From positions 1 to 64,000 of IMG/VR virus record IMGVR_UViG_3300020404_001964: a stretch of 64,000 nucleotides of DNA, one strand, 5' to 3'. This DNA is from an uncultured virus (IMG/VR IMGVR_UViG_3300020404_001964). Its lineage: Duplodnaviria; Heunggongvirae; Uroviricota; Caudoviricetes. Under the pieces are notes generated by a model that had not been told where the DNA came from, ran no database searches, and saw only the letters and a list, made by a program, of their open reading frames with translations. Position 1 is the first letter of the stretch. Each line of letters begins with the position of its first letter. A program made the position numbers and the translations under genes. Shown here one piece after another: positions 38,601 through 47,043 of the stretch.

Positions 38601-39716
38601 CACATTGTTTGATGTTGTGTTTGTAATCAATAATAATTCTGATAGTTCTACTCTTTCTGGAATTTTAACACTTGAAATACCGTTGTTAATTTGTGTAGGT
38701 AAATTATCTAAACCATTTGTAATTACATCTGTGATTATACCTACTAGTGCAGTTATTCTCGATGTGGCACCTGCTTCTCCAGGAGTGCCTAAAATAGTTT
38801 GTTGTGTAACAACTGGTGATTGTTTTGAAGTAAAAGCAATACCTGGTATTACATAGTTGTTTATGATATTTCTAATTTCATTTTTTACTGCTAATTCAGG
38901 TTGTCTGTCACCAGTCAATACAGAAACTGTGCCAACCCAATAAGTTGATGCGTTATATCTTGACTGTTCATTACCACCATATCTTAAATCTGTTAAAAGA
39001 CCATCAATGTTGTAACCCATATCTCTTTCACAAAGATATGGTTCATATGTAAAGTTAGCAAATACATAAGCCGAACTTACAAGTGCTGGTAAATTTAAAA
39101 TACCGTTGTCAACAACATTGTCTATTACAGCCATGTTAGCCGCAAAATTTGTTTTACCACCTGCTTCACCATTTGAACCTGACGTATTTTGTGATATACC
39201 TTCTACGTTAATAGTGCCGTATGCTAAACCTGTGAAGATGTATAAGTCTATAATTTGTTTTGCTTTATTCCAATATGCTAATTCTGGTTCACCAGCCGCC
39301 GCTAATTGTAGAACTCCGTCTACATAATAACTTTGAGATACTGTTCTTACGTTTTCATTACCGCCATATCTCATATCAAGATATGCCGCATTAATTACTT
39401 TTTCAACATCATTTTTAATCTGTGTTGCTGTTTTTGTGTATCCAGCAAATGGTGATATATTGCCTGCGACTTGTGCCGCTACCCATGCCGCCACTTCTGC
39501 TTTGACATATTCTCTGTTGTTTAGATATCTTAATGATGCACTTGGAAATAAATCAGCCGCTGTGTCTTCTGTAATTTTATAATCTATGTAAGCATTGGAT
39601 TCATCTTTTAACCATTCTTTGTTGGCATTAATTTGAGCCCATGCGTTAGGATAAAGATTTCCGCTTTGTGGTATTCCTGGTGTAAATTTGTATGTATTAA
39701 TACGTTTCTTTGCCAT
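32682..39716 (-). CDS. giant virion structural / fibre-like protein (2344 aa)
   Basis: G/T/S/V-rich beta-type sequence with about 8 G(T/S).LGG..PAND repeats and N-terminal helical DLRYGGN modules. Confidence 0.75.
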   Translation of the reverse strand: MAKKRINTYKFTPGIPQSGNLYPNAWAQINANKEWLKDESNAYIDYKITEDTAADLFPSASLRYLNNREYVKAEVAAWVAAQVAGNISPFAGYTKTATQIKNDVEKVINAAYLDMRYGGNENVRTVSQSYYVDGVLQLAAAGEPELAYWNKAKQIIDLYIFTGLAYGTINVEGISQNTSGSNGEAGGKTNFAANMAVIDNVVDNGILNLPALVSSAYVFANFTYEPYLCERDMGYNIDGLLTDLRYGGNEQSRYNASTYWVGTVSVLTGDRQPELAVKNEIRNIINNYVIPGIAFTSKQSPVVTQQTILGTPGEAGATSRITALVGIITDVITNGLDNLPTQINNGISSVKIPERVELSELLLITNTTSNNVLYTFNDPAKGATATYRREYTDDTSNPTPFVDPDFPKAFHGNDTITTIFLNADTSTDNALDQLQIFVEDDEIRTRPYDFGTDAIERMRVAQPESMLDADFEYGLQPTKWQAIATQRGYPSIYEVPGTDFDISSVTSDASAGTQGIGSSLITVTTIGPHNFEAGQPFTITGFDNSVAGASRAAGSFVVNTVPTTTSFTYYGKAKVGTVNPTTISTNFTQLREGDFYTGAAIGFPSFSVASNGSSGNFVTSLATLSGSTILPYTGVQPEIGAPLTGTGIQTGTQITAVNGSGGALASPTVTGDYSAGATEITVADSAGIIQNSVIDRGDGFAVTIINVAGNQLTLSAPLNQDLIGDITQYTNLAGVNYTPAGQLARFDVFRVGGAYSVSIVTNGQVGSGQDYAVGDAIIVSGTDLGGATPANDATILVESVDTGGEILTASVSGTAFTGTGTASAVQTVFQGGVGTGAQINVTKNAGSYTVALNAPSYTNVTLGTFPGTNGNGGIFDVAVDSGVYTVTIDTAGTGYIENDVVRIAGSVFGGTGANDLDIRVTSVGGSGEIQTINAAGTAPDQTVQYVSPTYTTASAGGVTASFTVTRTGTSYSAVVTTIGTGYSASDQLVFAGTQLGGATTANDMTLTVDSVDGNGGILTFSVAGTSVNTQSYPGLTSGSNVTGQNGTFDVAISGTSYTVTLNNAGDDYGVGQTLTIPGTSLGGATPANDVSIVVDSVAGTGASAIATFTATGTAALDGTSAYKVGDQFFVSGTDLGAATPTNDAYVTVSTVNGNGGITGLSINGTGTDANVDYASPTYTTSASGTAAVFSVNRTGAVYSATFSNNGSGFVAAETIDIAGTELGGLSPANDCQITVDTVSAGAVATYTVTGTAVNTQTFTNVNKSARTPSGLTLDVTLNAGAYTIAINNPGSDYAPDQEFKVLGTNLFGSSPANDMTFTVTGIDAVATGVVTVVSAASGTANTGTGNALNVAGTNRVPQGVGAQFSVTRTNATDSSTDYTEVTVVQEGSNYEIGDKLTISGSSLGGSTPANDIVVRIQSVSSFGGVVSNTHSGTAIGGTGLSVYSSVTISDPTSQAIPLSSTISYSALATIRVDFTTPHGLVPGNAFLVVIISDDGANNHILASGPFLATAIPSPTSLTYQVRSPGAITDAGWQGSIYGRPDSFFIHRPFDGGVQLGTGGPAHGAQAIRQSKKYIRYQSGKGCMYTTGALFAPSYDILNITSDGIDAGSTITVTTDDVDHNLQVGAVIRLVGVATSGYDGEYTITSVINERSFTVIAQISLGGTTPEFTDQPQVSLYKWNGATVRSGIFDDQNGIFWEYDGQNTNAVQRTATRQLAGTVTVTPNSNNVTGVGTRFREQIKAGDRVVIRGMTHVVSSVTDNTTMSITPDYRGVNVSAGVKMCAVVDKKAKQSEFNKDKLDGTGPSGYKWDVSKMQMIGIQFSWYGAGFIDWMTRGQKGNFIFVHRMRNSNVNTEAFMRTGNQPVRYEVTNEGPGGRLIENIDDTQTTITLEDASFFPSTGGTVYIDNEVITFTGITGDTLTGCTRAAQLTNFAAGATRNYSAGTAAAHFRNTGVVLISNTASPIISHWGSAYLTDGNFDEDRGYLFNYSGQGLQLSTIRQTVFLMRLAPSVSNALTGDLGDRDLLNRAQLLLDGIEITTEPVAAGQTQGQLVVQGIINPQNYPIDPADIGWTGLQGTAQGGQPSFAQIAPGGSVNWNGGASITTQTADTQAEMTSSSNHWFNLSGNRNYAYFLEAQWEGKGHTVGMKVTSGQFPANTVVTQISDNGSYYFVRFSNRHSGISGGQAVDFAFGGDFTGTNYLFFDPTTWEASGAVAGTEVDTATSTEFPSGTTVQSVQAKATFGSTEYYRVDFNQTFNGTISAASSISFQFGQPPYAQPGETIFSFIAQPGERATLALDKIKALTNTTLGGRGTFPNGPDVLAINVFRTAGSGDVAGTVTLRWSEAQA

Positions 39717-39722
39717 TCTTTT

Positions 39723-41585
39723 CTATACTCCTAATGCTATCGATAACACTGTGGCTGTGTTATCAACATATTGCTTCTTTGTAACATCATTAGCATTACT
39801 TGGGTTACTTGAAACAGTAGCCGATGTAAAAGCCGCCTGTGCCGCCGTTGTTAATCCTAATGTAGTGTTATTTAACGTTCCTTGGGAAGAATTCAATGTT
39901 GAAAAGGTTCCATTTCTTGGTATTACAGACCCTATTGATACATTATCTACAAGACCAGTGTCAGTAGGTCTCATAGTAAGTGTGCCTCCCGCTTGTGGAC
40001 TGATTGTTACATCAGCATTTGGTGTTAAACTTACATTTCCACTTGTTGATAAATTTTGTGCGTTTACATTTACGTTGTTCACAGTACCTGTTGTTGCAGG
40101 ATTAATTGTGACTGTACCTGTTCCTGAAGGACTTAACCTAATTTGTGCATCTTGTCCTTCTGCTAATAAATCGCCTGTATCTAAAATTGAACTGAATACA
40201 CCAGCACCAATTATACTTGGTTGAGCAACAGTTAATTGTCCATAAGGAACACCGTCTGTATCTCCGTAGTAAAGTGTATCTGGAGCATCAACAGGAACAG
40301 CATATGTTAAAGTTCCTGATTGTTTACCTTGTGCTTCTGCATCAGTCAATGTAGTAGCAACTGGAATATCTAAGTATGTGCTTGTTGCTATTGTAGAGTT
40401 TATTCTTGTTCTAATAACGTTTTGATACGTTGTAAAATTATTTGCTACACCTGGAAAGGCATATAATCTTATAGCGCCGTTGTCGTATGTGAAACTTTCA
40501 CTGCCGTCTGATTCAGATGTTGCTGTTGTAATTTTATCTTCAGTTGAGCCATCTGCTCTAGCCATTCCATATATAGAATTTTCAGCACTGTATAATTCTT
40601 GAGCACCAACTGTGCCACCATTGTAAAGGAAATTTAAATCATCTTTACCATTGAACATTAAAACATTTTTACTACCCAGTGGAGTAACACTTGTCCAATT
40701 AATAATAGTTGATTGGTCTTGTACTTGATCATCTAAATCATATGTGTAAAAACTGTGATCTACTGTTTGATATTGATCAACATTTAAAAGTCCATTAAAT
40801 GCGATAATATTTTTTACTGAAGCATTTTGAGAATAATTTGAATATTGTAATGCTAATTGCCCACCGTTACCGTAACCAATTATTGTGATTTCTCTTGTGT
40901 CAACATTGTCATAGTCACTTAAACTTGAAATAATTGAATCAAGTAAAGCAATATCGTCTGCTTTAGATGTTTGATAACCAATGTTCCATTGATTGTTGTA
41001 ACCTTGAGGTGCTATTAAAATTTTGTCTGTGATAAAATTAACATTGGTTATACCGTTTGCTTGAGTAAATCCATCGTCATGTAATGAAATAACCACAGGA
41101 ATTTTTTTGCCTTCTAATGCTGTGCCTGTTGTGTCTGGCACTACCACTTGAGCAGTTCTACTAAATCCTGACGATTGTTGTTGCCACGTTTGTGTAAAAC
41201 TTATTGTACCTGTTGCTAAATTTTCACCTGATACTGTATTTGCGTGAGATAATCCTTCACTGTATAATAAACCAGGAACACTTGTATTTCCTACATCTGG
41301 TTTATAAACATTGAAAGCCAAACTGCTTGTATTCAAAACAAACGTATAAGTTGTTCCTCTTTCAACTGTGATTTGAGGATTATTTCCTGCCACAGCAGTA
41401 CCTTTGTTTAAGAAAGTAAATGCACCTGCTGTTTCATTTACGTTAAAATCAGGTGCTGGTGGAATTACTGGTGGTATGTATGTGGTTGTAACGGTACGGA
41501 CAGTAACATTACCATTTGTGTCAACACTAAATCCTGGTGACTTATACCCGTAATCCGTTTCAAAAGGTTTAAAAACAACTGCCAT
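39723..41585 (-). CDS. virion protein with an inserted degenerate alpha/beta-hydrolase domain
   Basis: PVVISLHD, IAPQG..NQWN, DDIALL and IIGYGNGG; C-terminal fibre-like repeats and DVTKKQYVD. Confidence 0.65.
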   Translation of the reverse strand: MAVVFKPFETDYGYKSPGFSVDTNGNVTVRTVTTTYIPPVIPPAPDFNVNETAGAFTFLNKGTAVAGNNPQITVERGTTYTFVLNTSSLAFNVYKPDVGNTSVPGLLYSEGLSHANTVSGENLATGTISFTQTWQQQSSGFSRTAQVVVPDTTGTALEGKKIPVVISLHDDGFTQANGITNVNFITDKILIAPQGYNNQWNIGYQTSKADDIALLDSIISSLSDYDNVDTREITIIGYGNGGQLALQYSNYSQNASVKNIIAFNGLLNVDQYQTVDHSFYTYDLDDQVQDQSTIINWTSVTPLGSKNVLMFNGKDDLNFLYNGGTVGAQELYSAENSIYGMARADGSTEDKITTATSESDGSESFTYDNGAIRLYAFPGVANNFTTYQNVIRTRINSTIATSTYLDIPVATTLTDAEAQGKQSGTLTYAVPVDAPDTLYYGDTDGVPYGQLTVAQPSIIGAGVFSSILDTGDLLAEGQDAQIRLSPSGTGTVTINPATTGTVNNVNVNAQNLSTSGNVSLTPNADVTISPQAGGTLTMRPTDTGLVDNVSIGSVIPRNGTFSTLNSSQGTLNNTTLGLTTAAQAAFTSATVSSNPSNANDVTKKQYVDNTATVLSIALGV

Positions 41586-41604
41586 TATGCTACATCCATA
41601 TTTA

Positions 41605-42039
41605 TTATTCTGTTACCTGCGTTCCACCTACCAAAGCATTTTGCGTGGCAAAATAAGTAGCACCAAATATAATTTTTGAACCACTATATTTTTCTGTTGC
41701 ACTTTTATCTGCTGGATCAATTTTAATTCTTACATATGAGTTATTAACTTCACTTGCAATCTTTATTAAATTGTTTCCTAGATTAGATCTACCATATATT
41801 GATAAACTGCTTTGATTAGGACTTGCCGCTACAAGTACTTTTAAAATTTCTTTATTGTTTGTGTCGTAATCTACACTGATTGTATATTCTGCTGTGGTGA
41901 ATGTATTCACGTGCCATTGGTCAAGTATCATGCCATCTTCTACTACAGAATATGGCCCATTGTAAGACAGGTTTAACCCGTTCTTCATTAGAAGAGTATT
42001 TCTGTCTCCTTTTCCAAAAAATCTTGATACATCAAACAT
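41605..42039 (-). CDS. hypothetical structural protein
   Basis: Beta-rich 144-aa ORF with a late-promoter motif and AGGA upstream. Confidence 0.6.
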   Translation of the reverse strand: MFDVSRFFGKGDRNTLLMKNGLNLSYNGPYSVVEDGMILDQWHVNTFTTAEYTISVDYDTNNKEILKVLVAASPNQSSLSIYGRSNLGNNLIKIASEVNNSYVRIKIDPADKSATEKYSGSKIIFGATYFATQNALVGGTQVTE

Positions 42040-42108
42040 ATAGAATAATCCTTATTATAGTGTATTTACCTATTTTAGAACTATTGTATTACTACTGTAT
42101 TTTGGGTA

Positions 42109-43086
42109 TTACTGCTTGTTTTTGCTCTGTTTAAGCATCTTTTCAACTGACTTCACTACCTTGTCTTCAGTTTGGTCTTCCATAGCCATTATTCCCTCAT
42201 TCAGCCTATCGCTAAACTCATCTGATGTGATTCTAATTGGTGAATATACTCTATCTTCCGATCCAAGGTCAATAATATCTATATTTTCAGCATCAGGAAA
42301 TGATGTGTTTATAGGATACGTTGAACCTATTATTACTGTGGCTGTTTTATCAAATGCATAAGCAAGGTGTTGCCCTACAGAATCACAGCCAACAAAATGA
42401 TTGGTCTGTTTAATTAATGCCATCCATATTCTAATGTGAACATTCATAGGTGTAGCCACTGGTGCCGACATATGATTTTTAAATTCTAGTGGAAATTCAC
42501 TCATCATCATAACGCCATACTTTTTAGATAATTTTCTTACAATGCTCCAGAGGTTTTTCAGTTCAATACTTCTACCTGTAACATCTGAAATATCAGGTTG
42601 TTTACCTTTTTCCATTTGTTTTTCAGTAATTTTCTCAGGTTGAGCACCTCTTCCAAAAGGTTGAACTACTATAATTTTATCTTTGCCTGTTTTTTCTTTT
42701 ACTTCAGTAATCATTTGTCTTGCCATCAGTAATTCTTCTTTGCTTAATCTTATTGTAGGTTTAGGTAGGTCTCTTATTCCTTTATTATTAATAGCAATAT
42801 CATATGCTTGAGCAAGACTACACTTTTGATTGTAATATTCCCATATTCTATAAGGCTCTGGACTAATTAATTCTCTATCTTTAAGCATTTCTTGGAACAA
42901 ATTTTTGTGCCAACTGTCATATGCTCTAAAATGAAATTTAGGATGACCTTTGAATACATCTGTACCACCTTCACAAACTAAAATTGGATCTTTATCTGGG
43001 TTTTCTTCTAGGTATTTTTCTACTGCTGGAATAGAACTGATCATTCTACCTGCTCCGCCATTTAAAAATATTGCTGTCTTTTTCAT
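42109..43086 (-). CDS. GT-B fold glycosyltransferase, GT9 (heptosyltransferase)-like
   Basis: FVGCDSVGQHLAYAFDK...IIGST resembles the GT9 D(S/T)G..H.A.A motif; N-terminal GG.GR..S.IPA. Confidence 0.65.
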   Translation of the reverse strand: MKKTAIFLNGGAGRMISSIPAVEKYLEENPDKDPILVCEGGTDVFKGHPKFHFRAYDSWHKNLFQEMLKDRELISPEPYRIWEYYNQKCSLAQAYDIAINNKGIRDLPKPTIRLSKEELLMARQMITEVKEKTGKDKIIVVQPFGRGAQPEKITEKQMEKGKQPDISDVTGRSIELKNLWSIVRKLSKKYGVMMMSEFPLEFKNHMSAPVATPMNVHIRIWMALIKQTNHFVGCDSVGQHLAYAFDKTATVIIGSTYPINTSFPDAENIDIIDLGSEDRVYSPIRITSDEFSDRLNEGIMAMEDQTEDKVVKSVEKMLKQSKNKQ

Positions 43087-44912
43087 TTATTTGCTACCTT
43101 TATTAATTTGTTATATTCAGGCAAGTACAAATACTCAATTTCACTGTGTATCAATGTGCGTACAGCATCTTCTAAAGTTTCAACTAACGGTTCACCACCT
43201 AAATTAAATGAAGTATTGAATATAATAGGACAATCTGTTTGTTTATGAAACTCTTTGATTAAGTCATAGTACAAAGGATTTTGTTCTCTCTTAACTGATT
43301 GTATTCTACAAGTTCCATCAACGTGAATAATACTTGGAATTTTTTCTTCTATGCCTGGTTGACAGTTTACAGCATACATCATATGTGGTGTTTCTTCCAT
43401 ACCACGCAAGTCAAACCATTCATGTACAAATTCATGTAGTATAGTTCCGGCAAATGGTCTGAAATATTCTCTATGTTTAACTTTGTTTACGTGGTCTTTA
43501 CCATTAGGGTCTCTTGGATCATACAATATTGATCTGTTACCCAATGCTCTTGGACCGTTTTCACTTGCTCCTTGGAATATTGAAACAATATTTCTTTCAG
43601 CAATAATTTTTACAACTTCTTCGTTGGTTGCTTCTGTTAATTCTACACCATCTTGAGCACAAACATTTTGTATTTGTTCATCTGTGTATGTTCTTTTTGG
43701 ACCTAAGTATAGTGTAGGTTCATCAACTTTCTTTTCTTTTGTTTGTGTTAGACTGTAATAGAACAACATTGCGGCACCCATAGCCGTTCCCGCATCATTT
43801 GAAACTGGTTCTGCGTAAAATTTTATGCCATCTTTCTTTAAACTATCTAAATAATAATAATTTGCTACACAATTTAATCCATATCCTCCTGAAAACACAA
43901 CATTTTTACATCCACTCATCTGTACTGCTTTGTAAATTAAGTCTAAACATTCTTTTTGTGATTCTTTTTGTACAGCATATGCCAAATCTCTTCTATTTTG
44001 CATTTTTGTCCAATCGTCTTTGTCTTCTGATTCAGGATTTTGATCTATAAATGGATATAATCCACTGTTTACTAACGATGCATTAGGATATGTTGGCACA
44101 ATTAAGTTTCTATTAGATAAAGAATAGTGTCCTTCTTTCTTAAACAATGGTGGAATAATATCATTTTCTTTTCCATAAGGAAATAATCCCATTGTCTTTC
44201 CTGCTTCAATGGCACTGAATCCACAATACTGTGTTACTGCTTCATAAACTTTTACAATTCCTGCTCTGTCTGTGAATAATGCTTGGTGTGTTTTGCCTGG
44301 CTCACCTATTGAATCAGAAGCAAAGTCTGGATAAAATGCTCCTGGACTTGCTTCACCTGTTCCATAATGTTTGTACAGTGCGTAGATATCATTTGGATAA
44401 TCACAACTAAAAATACTTTCTACTTCAAACACAGTTGTTTGTCCTGACACACTGTTATTAATTGGAATAAAAGTTCCTGCTCCGTCTACTATTACTGCTA
44501 CTGCTTTATCAAATCCTGATCTATAAAAAGCACACGCGGCATGAAGTTTGTGATGAATGTGTGACAAGTCAATTACTTGAGGATGTTTTGTGTCAAATAC
44601 GTGTCTATCAATTAATCCTAATTTTCTTGCTATTCCTGTGTAAACATCATCTCCTGAATAGTCTACTCTACCAGTTGATCTGTCTTCTAAACTTTGTGTG
44701 TGAGCAACAACAAGATAATCAATCTTGTCTGTGTATTTTAAAATTTCTACCATTGAAGCATATGGTCCACCGTCATATTTTCTTCTTGATAATCTTTCTT
44801 CTTCAATTGAAAATACTACTTCACCGTCTTTTAATAGACAAACACCTGCATTGTGTCCTCTGGCTATTGCGGCAATGTAACCTGTTTTGTTATATTTTTC
44901 TATGTCATCCAT
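43083..44912 (-). CDS. O-carbamoyltransferase (NodU/CmcH/TobZ family)
   Basis: EEERLSRRK, HHKLHA, VDGAG, GKTMGL.PYG, GG..LNCVAN, ENGPRALGNRSIL, RE.FRPFA, HVDGTCR.Q and NTSFN. Confidence 0.93.
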   Translation of the reverse strand: MDDIEKYNKTGYIAAIARGHNAGVCLLKDGEVVFSIEEERLSRRKYDGGPYASMVEILKYTDKIDYLVVAHTQSLEDRSTGRVDYSGDDVYTGIARKLGLIDRHVFDTKHPQVIDLSHIHHKLHAACAFYRSGFDKAVAVIVDGAGTFIPINNSVSGQTTVFEVESIFSCDYPNDIYALYKHYGTGEASPGAFYPDFASDSIGEPGKTHQALFTDRAGIVKVYEAVTQYCGFSAIEAGKTMGLFPYGKENDIIPPLFKKEGHYSLSNRNLIVPTYPNASLVNSGLYPFIDQNPESEDKDDWTKMQNRRDLAYAVQKESQKECLDLIYKAVQMSGCKNVVFSGGYGLNCVANYYYLDSLKKDGIKFYAEPVSNDAGTAMGAAMLFYYSLTQTKEKKVDEPTLYLGPKRTYTDEQIQNVCAQDGVELTEATNEEVVKIIAERNIVSIFQGASENGPRALGNRSILYDPRDPNGKDHVNKVKHREYFRPFAGTILHEFVHEWFDLRGMEETPHMMYAVNCQPGIEEKIPSIIHVDGTCRIQSVKREQNPLYYDLIKEFHKQTDCPIIFNTSFNLGGEPLVETLEDAVRTLIHSEIEYLYLPEYNKLIKVANK

Positions 44913-44914
44913 AA

Positions 44915-45868
44915 TTAATCCTCTATTGGGTCACCGTTTACTGCTGATACTACATAATCTTCTATTTCAGGAGTCATTGTCATTATTTGTTCTTGTTTTC
45001 TACTAATTCTTTCATCCATTGTTATTCTAATTGGATCATATTCACGTACCATTTGTCCTAAATCTATGATGTTAAACTTATCTGATTTTGCATATGATGT
45101 GTTTTCTGGATATGTAGCGCCGAACACTACACTTGCTGGCGTATCTAAACTGTAAGCAAGGTGTTGTCCCAATGAATCACATCCTAAAAAATGGTCTGCG
45201 TGTTTTATAATTGATGCCCATTGTCTTAATTCAACTTTTTCAGGCATAGCAACTTCATCTGGAAATCCAGCATCTTTAAAATCAATTCCAAACTCTGACA
45301 TTAACATAACAGCAAAATCTTTTTCCTGTAATTTTTTAATTAATCTTTTTAAATTGAAAAACTCTATACTTCTGTTTGTTTTATCTACAAAAGAACCATC
45401 AATTTGTTCTATTGCTCTGCCAAAAGGTTGTATCACAACAACTTTTTCTTTTTTAAGTTTTTCTTTTACTTGATCAACTGCTTGTCTTCCTGCTATTAAT
45501 TCTTCTTTGCTTAAAACAAGTGTTGACTTAGGTAAGTCTCTTAAGCCTTTGTTGTTTATTAATAAATCAAATGCTTGAGCAATGTTACATTTTTGATTAA
45601 AATATTCATGTACTCTATAAGGCTCTGGACTTACAATGTCCATGTTGACTAATTTTGTGTGAAATAAATTTTTATGATACATATCGTAAGTTTTAGAATC
45701 CAGTGTTGGATGACCTTTCATTATGTCACACACTCCTTCTATTACTACGATAAAATTTGGATCATTTCCTTCTTCTTGATATTTTTCTAAGGCTGGAATA
45801 GCAGATATAATTCTTCCCATGCCGCCATTAAGTAAGAATGCTTTAGGTCTTTTTTGTTCTGTGCTCAT
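44915..45868 (-). CDS. GT9-like glycosyltransferase, paralog of 42109..43086
   Basis: FLGCDSLGQHLAYSLD...VFGAT; shares SPEPYR, RDLPK and QPFGR with its paralog; TATAAGTA at 45878-45885. Confidence 0.65.
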   Translation of the reverse strand: MSTEQKRPKAFLLNGGMGRIISAIPALEKYQEEGNDPNFIVVIEGVCDIMKGHPTLDSKTYDMYHKNLFHTKLVNMDIVSPEPYRVHEYFNQKCNIAQAFDLLINNKGLRDLPKSTLVLSKEELIAGRQAVDQVKEKLKKEKVVVIQPFGRAIEQIDGSFVDKTNRSIEFFNLKRLIKKLQEKDFAVMLMSEFGIDFKDAGFPDEVAMPEKVELRQWASIIKHADHFLGCDSLGQHLAYSLDTPASVVFGATYPENTSYAKSDKFNIIDLGQMVREYDPIRITMDERISRKQEQIMTMTPEIEDYVVSAVNGDPIED

Positions 45869-45917
45869 TTGTACAATTACTTATAAATTTATTTTTTGTA
45901 GAATTACGATAGTGATT

Positions 45918-46583
45918 CTATGGTTTTATTAATGGCATATCAGGATATTTTAACTTCCAGTGTTTTACGTGTCTAAAATTATCTCTTATGTTGATCCATT
46001 GTGCTTTACATGATTCAATTTTTTCTCTTTCATTAGGTTCATAAACTAATCTTGCCAATTCTCTTTCGCACATTTCAATATGGTCATCGATATCCTCCCA
46101 TATGTCTTCATCTTTGTGTTGATGAAATCTAAATGATGGCTTTACAAATTTTCCGTCTATGTATTTCAAGTCATTGATATAGTAAATTTGATTTAAAACA
46201 TGACCCCAATCATAATCCCAAATAATTGGATTGCCATCACTGTCTAGTTGTCCAACATCTTCTTCATATAAAGGCACAGGTTCATGTTCGTATGCGTTTG
46301 TCAAATAAGATGCTTCCCACGGATATTCTTTGGCATCAATAGTGATTACATAATGTCCAGGTTCAGGATAAATTTTTCTTTTTTCTAGGTCTTCTATTGT
46401 TGGTGCTCTCCACATACATTCTTTTACAATGCCTGTGTCTTCTTCAACTGCGAATTTTAGATATCTATCGCCAACGTAATATGCTGTGTGTGTTTTGTTT
46501 TGACTGAAATTATCAAGATAGGGTTCGTCAGGAATCTCCATTTCGAACTGAAATTTACTTAATTGATCTTTATGTAGTATCAT
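45918..46583 (-). CDS. hypothetical protein, paralog of 47044..47700 (possible fibre assembly chaperone)
   Basis: Shared IP..PY.D.FS, RY.KF, ELAR and HWK..(Y/F)P..P motifs. Confidence 0.55.
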   Translation of the reverse strand: MILHKDQLSKFQFEMEIPDEPYLDNFSQNKTHTAYYVGDRYLKFAVEEDTGIVKECMWRAPTIEDLEKRKIYPEPGHYVITIDAKEYPWEASYLTNAYEHEPVPLYEEDVGQLDSDGNPIIWDYDWGHVLNQIYYINDLKYIDGKFVKPSFRFHQHKDEDIWEDIDDHIEMCERELARLVYEPNEREKIESCKAQWINIRDNFRHVKHWKLKYPDMPLIKP

Positions 46584-46647
46584 AACTAGAAATACTTATT
46601 TCCAGTAACTCTGAATTGTAACTAAAAGTGATTATTGTATTTTTGGA

Positions 46648-47034
46648 TTATGTCGCTATTAATGTTGCCGCGAGAGTTACTAATGTACCGCTTGTATCAA
46701 TAGTATTTGGGCCAACTGCTGTAACTGTGCTTGTTGGATAGTTTTCCGCTCTACCAATTAATCTAATACGTGCTTGTAAGTCTGCCGCTGTTGCACTGTT
46801 ATCACATACAACAGTCATTGTACCACTGTTGTCGTCTGTAGTATGATAAATTAAAGGATTAATTTCTTTGCAAATTGCTTCTACTGTTTCGTCAATAGCA
46901 TCATCTTCACCTCTTAAATCAACTGCTGTACCGTTTGCAATTTTTACTAAAATTTTAAATGCAAATGCACCTGGGTAAAAAACGTTTCCTGCTGTTGATA
47001 GTCCGGATCCGCTTACTCTTGTTAAAGTTGCCAT
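46648..47034 (-). CDS. hypothetical protein
   Basis: 128-aa A/T/G-rich co-oriented ORF. Confidence 0.6.
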   Translation of the reverse strand: MATLTRVSGSGLSTAGNVFYPGAFAFKILVKIANGTAVDLRGEDDAIDETVEAICKEINPLIYHTTDDNSGTMTVVCDNSATAADLQARIRLIGRAENYPTSTVTAVGPNTIDTSGTLVTLAATLIAT

Positions 47035-47043
47035 AAGAAATTA

